Shown here one piece after another: positions 31,501-35,786 of a DNA stretch of 35,786 bases. The stretch's first letter is position 1; each line of letters opens with the position of its first letter. The notes below the pieces were generated by a model. It was not told the origin of the DNA, ran no database searches, and saw nothing but the letters and a program-made list of their open reading frames with translations. The stretch is from an uncultured virus (IMG/VR IMGVR_UViG_2061766007_000711). Lineage: Duplodnaviria > Heunggongvirae > Uroviricota > Caudoviricetes. The stretch lies in the IMG/VR virus record IMGVR_UViG_2061766007_000711; one strand, written 5' to 3'. Made by a program: the position numbers and the translations under genes.

Positions 31501-32093
31501 TCGCGGCCTCAGTCCCGTTCGGCGCAGAGCGCATCACTGTCAGGGTGCCGCTGCCGTCTGCCGGAAAGGGTCTCGAGTCCAACGAGTCCGGGGTGTTCGA
31601 CCTCAGGTACGACCCGAATACCCTCCACGTGGATGCGCAGAACCGGCTCACGGTCAATACCGGGATTACCGGCGGGCTTATCTACACTACGGCCCCGTTC
31701 GGACTCGGGCTTTCCTATACGAGGCTCGTTCCCGGTGCGGAGCCTGTCTCACATGGCGTGTCCATCGACGGGATGGGCGTCGTGTCCGTTCCGCAGTCGA
31801 ATCACTGGGTCACCGTGGAGGTGCTCATGTCGTTTGCCGTCACGAACGCCTGGGATTCCCGGTGGCGCTACCGGTGCTGCCTGGAGGTGGACGGTACGGA
31901 CTACGAGTTCTACCTGGATACCACAGAGTCGGCATCCGAGGTCCAGCGCACGGTCACCATATACAGCGACGGGCTGGAACAGAAGAAGTTCCCGATTACC
32001 CTGCGCAGGAAGCCGGAGGCCGACGAGGAAGAGATTGCCGAGCGCGGCATCGAGGTATCATGTACTGCCAGGGTGGCAGTACGCGCCAACTAG
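28577..32093 (+). CDS. Large Cys/Asp-rich virion structural protein (frame breaks at gaps 29347 and 30523)
   Basis: Three ORF-track pieces abut across gaps. Two copies of G..V.L..Q.DG..G(L)W.V....W, a motif seen in phage fibre/decoration proteins, plus GKGL...DLRYDPNTLHVDAQNRL. Confidence 0.55.
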
Positions 32094-32138
32094 AAATGGT
32101 CTAGTTTAGTACCAGAGAAAATTACGGACGGAAACGAC

Positions 32139-32897
32139 ATGGCATGCAGTGCTAAGGAGAAACGTTACAGGGGAAAGCGGACCAAGAAGGTCGCCATAAT
32201 GGAGCCGGAGTTCGACGAGAACGGCGACCAGACCAAGGCATCGATGATGTACGGGCGAATCGACCCGGCATACCTCACCAGGCTCATCATGGAGCACAAG
32301 AAGGTGATGATGCCGTATGTCGAGGAGAAGAAGGCGTTGATTGCCGCCGGCAAGAAGGAAGAGGCGGCTAAGCTGCGTCCGCCGCAGATGGGCGACAAGC
32401 TCGGCGTGGTGGTGGACATCATCATCAAGAAGACGATGGGACTTCCGAGGTGGCGCGAGTATACGCCCGCGTGGCACGAGGACATGTACGCGCATGCCCT
32501 GGAACTGATTCTCAGGTACTGCCACAACTTCGACCCGGTGAAGCTGCAGGGTGCCGACCCGTACTTCTACATCGGGCAGATTGCATGGAACGCGTTCAAC
32601 CAGGTCTGGGGGACTCTGGACAAGCAGAACAAGAGGATAAAGTTCATCCCGCTGGTCGACGGCATCTACCACGCGGTCACCGCGATGGACCAGTACGCCG
32701 GAGTGCTGGAGAAGGCCGAGAAGGAGAAGGCCGAGAAGCAGAAGGCCGAGCTCGCCAACGAGCACATCTCCGACATCGACGAGACGGTCGACATCATGAA
32801 GGAGCTCGACGAGTCCATCGGTATCCATATCGAGGACGAGTGGGTCGAGGAACTCCATAGGAAGATGGACAAGAAGCCCAAGGAAAAGGCCGAATAG
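32139..32897 (+). CDS. Late-transcription sigma factor, T4 gp55-like
   Basis: PRWREYTPAWHEDMY..ALELILRYCHNFDPVK...DPYFYIGQIAWNAFNQ aligns by eye with the gp55 signature (NF.GYT..W..EM..D.IE..L.Y..NFD..K..NP.AY.TQ....AF.Q). Confidence 0.85.
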   Translation: MACSAKEKRYRGKRTKKVAIMEPEFDENGDQTKASMMYGRIDPAYLTRLIMEHKKVMMPYVEEKKALIAAGKKEEAAKLRPPQMGDKLGVVVDIIIKKTMGLPRWREYTPAWHEDMYAHALELILRYCHNFDPVKLQGADPYFYIGQIAWNAFNQVWGTLDKQNKRIKFIPLVDGIYHAVTAMDQYAGVLEKAEKEKAEKQKAELANEHISDIDETVDIMKELDESIGIHIEDEWVEELHRKMDKKPKEKAE

Positions 32898-32916
32898 TAC
32901 ATTTGGATGTGTGGAT

Positions 32917-32946
32917 GGCTCCCGGGAACTCCCGGGAGCCTTTCTT
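32917..32946 (+). terminator. Rho-independent terminator
   Basis: GGCTCCCGGG-AACT-CCCGGGAGCC-TTTCTT. Confidence 0.75.
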
Positions 32947-32958
32947 GTTGACAACTGG

Positions 32959-32966
32959 TATAAACT
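32959..32966 (+). promoter_or_regulatory. Putative late promoter TATAAACT
   Basis: Follows the terminator, 27 nt before ATG 32994. Confidence 0.6.
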
Positions 32967-32993
32967 ATGGGTGTTTAGGAACGGGAGTCTCCC

Positions 32994-33678
32994 ATGGGAA
33001 TTGAACTCGGTGCAGTTGGAATGTATGGTGGCGGTGTCGGAAACTTCGACACCCATCCGGACTGGCGTCACGACATGTACTACTACGTGCAGAATGCCGC
33101 ACGCGGCGTGGGCGACATCAAGTCGGGCAAGGCGGATGACTTCCTCGACCGTGCCTATGAGCAGCAGTGGTGGCATACCGCAGACAAGCTGGCTGAACTC
33201 CAGGAGAAATTCATTGAGGACGACCCAATCAACAACACCCCGGGCCGTGGCCACAGGAACTACCGCCGCATGGAGTACGACATCCAGCCNNNNNNNNNNC
33301 GCGGCACGCGGCGTGGGCGACATCAAGTCGGGCAAGGCGGACGACTTCCTCGACCGTGCCTACGAGCAGCAGTGGTGGCATACCGCCGACAAGCTGGCCG
33401 AGCTCCAGGAGAAGTTCATCGAGGATGACCCCATCAACAACACTCCGGGCCGTGGCCACAGGAACTACCGCCGCATGGAGTACGACATCCAGCCGAACCC
33501 GAACGGGAAGGGCGCGGCGGAGGACCGGGAGCTCGCCAAGGAGCGCGAGGTGCTCACCGTCGACCAGCTGAAGGACCTGGCCAAGCAGCACAAGTGGGCC
33601 ATGTGCACCACCGCCTCTGCCTATGGTGCGAAGCCGATTACGCAGAAGGACTACGCGGACCAGATTAAGCTCCGCTAG
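32994..33678 (+). CDS. Hypothetical protein (~160 aa once the ~190-bp allelic duplicate across gap 33290 is collapsed)
   Basis: 33097-33288 and 33302-33493 encode the same peptide with synonymous differences. SD GGAG upstream. Confidence 0.7.
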
Positions 33679-33703
33679 TTAGTTCATAAAGAAACTTGAA
33701 GTG

Positions 33704-33735
33704 ACCGGTCCTGCAACGCGGGACCGGTTCTTTTT
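33704..33735 (+). terminator. Rho-independent terminator
   Basis: ACCGGTCCTGC-AAC-GCGGGACCGGT-TCTTTTT. Confidence 0.75.
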
Positions 33736-33770
33736 GCATCAAAACTGCAATATATTGCGTATTTCCCGGT

Positions 33771-33787
33771 TTGGCACGGTGTTTGCA
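33771..33787 (+). promoter_or_regulatory. sigma54 (-24/-12) promoter TTGGCACGGTGTTTGCA
   Basis: Exact fit to YTGGCACGrNNNTTGCW with GG-N10-GC spacing; 39 nt upstream of the hsp20 ATG. Confidence 0.75.
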
Positions 33788-33826
33788 TATGGGAGTGCGA
33801 ACAATCAAAGCATAAGGAGCTTTAAA

Positions 33827-34234
33827 ATGGCAAACGCACTTACTAATTTCTTCCGCCCGGGTTTCGGCATCATGTTCGACGACAACGAGTTCGACAGGCT
33901 GTTCAGGAATTTCTTCCCGTCTACTTGCAAGAAGGCTGCCGGTGAGCCCAGCAGGCCGAACTACTACACCAACGAGGACGGCACCGAGCTCTACGTGGAG
34001 CTGCCGGGCTGCAAGAAGGAGGACATCGAGGTTACCGCCAACCCGGACAACACCGTGGTCGTGAAGGCGAAACGCGACGTGGCCGGCCGCAAGGACAGCT
34101 ACCGCATCGAGTTCACCCCGGAGAAGGGTACGGTCGACCCGGAACAGATGAAGCTGACCTTCGTCGACGGTCTCCTTACCATCCCTGTAAAGGAGAAGAA
34201 GAAACAGGAGGCCAGGAAGTTGGCTATCGAATAA
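33827..34234 (+). CDS. Hsp20/alpha-crystallin small heat shock protein (135 aa)
   Basis: FDRLFRNFF...VELPGCKKEDIEV...VVKAKR...FVDGLLTIPV. SD AAGGAG supports ATG 33827 rather than 33701. Confidence 0.9.
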   Translation: MANALTNFFRPGFGIMFDDNEFDRLFRNFFPSTCKKAAGEPSRPNYYTNEDGTELYVELPGCKKEDIEVTANPDNTVVVKAKRDVAGRKDSYRIEFTPEKGTVDPEQMKLTFVDGLLTIPVKEKKKQEARKLAIE

Positions 34235-34244
34235 CTAGGCTGTA

Positions 34245-34281
34245 CAAAAAGAACGGGACCTACAAGGTCCCGTTTTTGTTT
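34245..34281. terminator. Bidirectional terminator
   Basis: AAAAAG-AACGGGACCT-ACA-AGGTCCCGTT-TTTGTT between convergent genes. Confidence 0.8.
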
Positions 34282-34301
34282 CGGCTCTGCAAAGAGTTCA
34301 A

Positions 34302-35034
34302 TTAATTGCCTTGTTCGTCTTGCTGGTTGTTCTCAGCAGTTATCCGCTCCATTATAATGCTGTCAAGTATCTTTTCTAATTTGTATATCCGCATAGACAC
34401 ACGGTACTTGTAGTCCCAGTTTGATGCACCTTTCTTCAATGGCCAGCATATTTTGTCCACTTTGCCATTGGGCATCTGGGTATGCATAATCAGGAGTGGT
34501 TCCCCGTTAGGCGGATTGGTAATCCATATGGTGAACTTGGCGTGTTTGTCGTTGTCATTTGGATGGTTCAGGTCGTATATGGTACCTTCGATTTTGTCCT
34601 TGCCGGTCTTTTTTGCAACGAACCGTGGACGGTTGTCGTAGTGCTTGCTGCGGGGACCGACCTGGATGTCCTTCAAGATATAGTCAAGGAGTGCTTCCTG
34701 TTCTTCCGGTGAATCGTAGTAGGTTGTGTTGAGCATTTTTTTGTCTAGTGCCTTGCCGGCCGACTTTGCTTTGCCCTTAATCCACTCTCCGAACCCTTCA
34801 AGCATTGCGCTCTTGGCCTTCTCCGTATAGTCGGAGTTGATGATTGCGTTACCGATGCATTCGGTGAATGACTTGGAGTCCATGTTGGAACTGGCCATGG
34901 CGGCCTTGGGAGTGTCTGCGTAGTGCAGTACGTACGGCATCTTGAACACTGAATCGTCGACCGGGGTGAGGAGTATCAACTTCTCGTGGTCGGAGTCGAT
35001 TAGCTTGCGTCCAATCTTGTACATTGTCCCGCCA
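34302..35034 (-). CDS. Hypothetical protein, possible internal head protein (5' open into gap)
   Basis: 240+ aa ORF; shares the F.E..G..I..S...E..K..M motif with the upstream ORF. Confidence 0.6.
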
Positions 35035-35044
35035 NNNNNNNNNN

Positions 35045-35527
35045 TTGGTCCACTCCGGCCTTCCGGGCGGTGGCTGCATCGCCATACTTGTGTTCCGACT
35101 TAGGGAGAACGCACTTCTGGAGCAGGTCGCCGATTTTGTTGGAGGCAATGTACTCCTTGCCGATTTCATCAACAGGTTCCATGCTGTAGATGCATCCCAT
35201 TACACCGGTAGCCTCCGTGAGGTGCCTGGCGTATCGGGACAGGCTGTTCATCATCTTGTTCTTGACTTCTTCCGGCTGCTTGGATTCCATGATGGTCTTG
35301 CCTACTCCCTCGACAAAGGCCTTGTCGGATAGGCCGGAAGAGACACGGTGATTGTCCAGTTTGGCGAATCCTTCCGCCTCGAGCTTGGCTGCATTCTCGC
35401 TGGCCTTCCTGCGGCGGTACTCGTCGGCTATGAGGTTCACTCCCTCCATGAGCTTGCCGACGACCTTCTCGTTGTCCGGCGTCTTGAGTTTTTCGAGTTC
35501 AGACATGAACTTTTCCATCTTGGTCAT
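35045..35527 (-). CDS. Hypothetical protein, possible internal head protein (3' in gap)
   Basis: Charged helical N-terminus with LMEG/FVEG/IMES/LTEA motifs; preceded by TATAAACT on the minus strand. Confidence 0.6.
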
Positions 35528-35561
35528 AGTGAATACCGTCCGAAAATGTGTTTTAATCTAG

Positions 35562-35569
35562 AGTTTATA
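35562..35569 (-). promoter_or_regulatory. Putative late promoter TATAAACT (minus strand)
   Basis: AGTTTATA on the + strand, 34 nt upstream of ATG 35527. Confidence 0.55.
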
Positions 35570-35786
35570 AAACGGCGTCGTGAAAACTGCCACCCAGCGC
35601 CAGTAGGCGCTGGGGAACCCTTTAGGGTGGCAGATGAAAGGCGAGTCCCCATTGACTATACACAGAAAATTAACTATATAAACTATATAAAAAGTAACCT
35701 TATCGAACCATGTTCCAGCGAGCCTACAACGTCAGACTGTACCCGACCAGACAGCAGGAAGTATTGCTTAGCAAGACTTTCGGCTG
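35569..35786 (+). mobile_element. Left end of a second IS200/IS605 (IS1341-like, tnpB-only) element
   Basis: Subterminal hairpin CTGCCACCC...TTTA-GGGTGGCAG (35587-35633), TTGACT-N17-TATATA promoter, then tnpB with no tnpA between. The exact left boundary is inferred. Confidence 0.7.
35710..35786 (+). CDS. tnpB: TnpB N-terminus (truncated by window end)
   Basis: MFQRAYNVRLYPTRQQEVLLSKTFG, the HTH_OrfB_IS605 signature (AY..RLYPT..Q...L.KTFG). Confidence 0.85.
   Translation, partial: MFQRAYNVRLYPTRQQEVLLSKTFG

Noticed and set aside
32948..32966. TTGACA followed by TATAAA as a sigma70 promoter
   Set aside because: The spacer is only 5 nt.
32106..33335. Long antisense and alternate-frame ORFs here and throughout the window
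   Set aside because: Shadows of GC3-rich real genes, with no motifs or translation signals.
33097..33493. ~190-bp direct repeat resembling a DGR template/variable pair
   Set aside because: Differences are synonymous third-position changes, not adenine-specific. The copies flank an N gap and no reverse transcriptase is present.
35677..35684. TATAAACT upstream of the terminal tnpB as a phage late promoter
   Set aside because: It overlaps an AT-rich TTGACT-N17-TATATA host-type promoter and an AACTATATAA repeat; it cannot be distinguished from chance, so it was not counted.

Overview
Fragment of a large T4-like (gp21/gp22/gp55-encoding) phage from a gappy, strain-mixed metagenomic scaffold. Many N gaps are flanked by near-identical allelic duplicates, so several ORFs are broken or out of order. 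1-19.4 kb: the tail of a Hef-like endonuclease, then a ten-gene + strand fibre cluster (Thr/Ser/Ala/Gly-rich shafts alternating with LamG-like proteins). 19.4-24.3 kb: a degenerate NAD-ligase C-terminal half, a small minus-strand operon, a conserved 29-bp palindrome and a haplotype-specific radical SAM cassette. 24.3-35.8 kb: gp67-like protein, prohead protease, scaffold, TnpB, a large Cys-rich structural protein, gp55-like late sigma factor, Hsp20 with a sigma54-type promoter, putative internal head proteins and the start of a second TnpB element. Main observation: in the fibre cluster the C-terminal motif of each gene predicts the N-terminal motif of the next. Four junction types each occur twice, suggesting a collinear docking code for a daisy-chained fibre, with LamG proteins carrying three copies of one motif as possible 1:3 symmetry adapters. 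All assignments come from reading motifs by eye; no searches were run.
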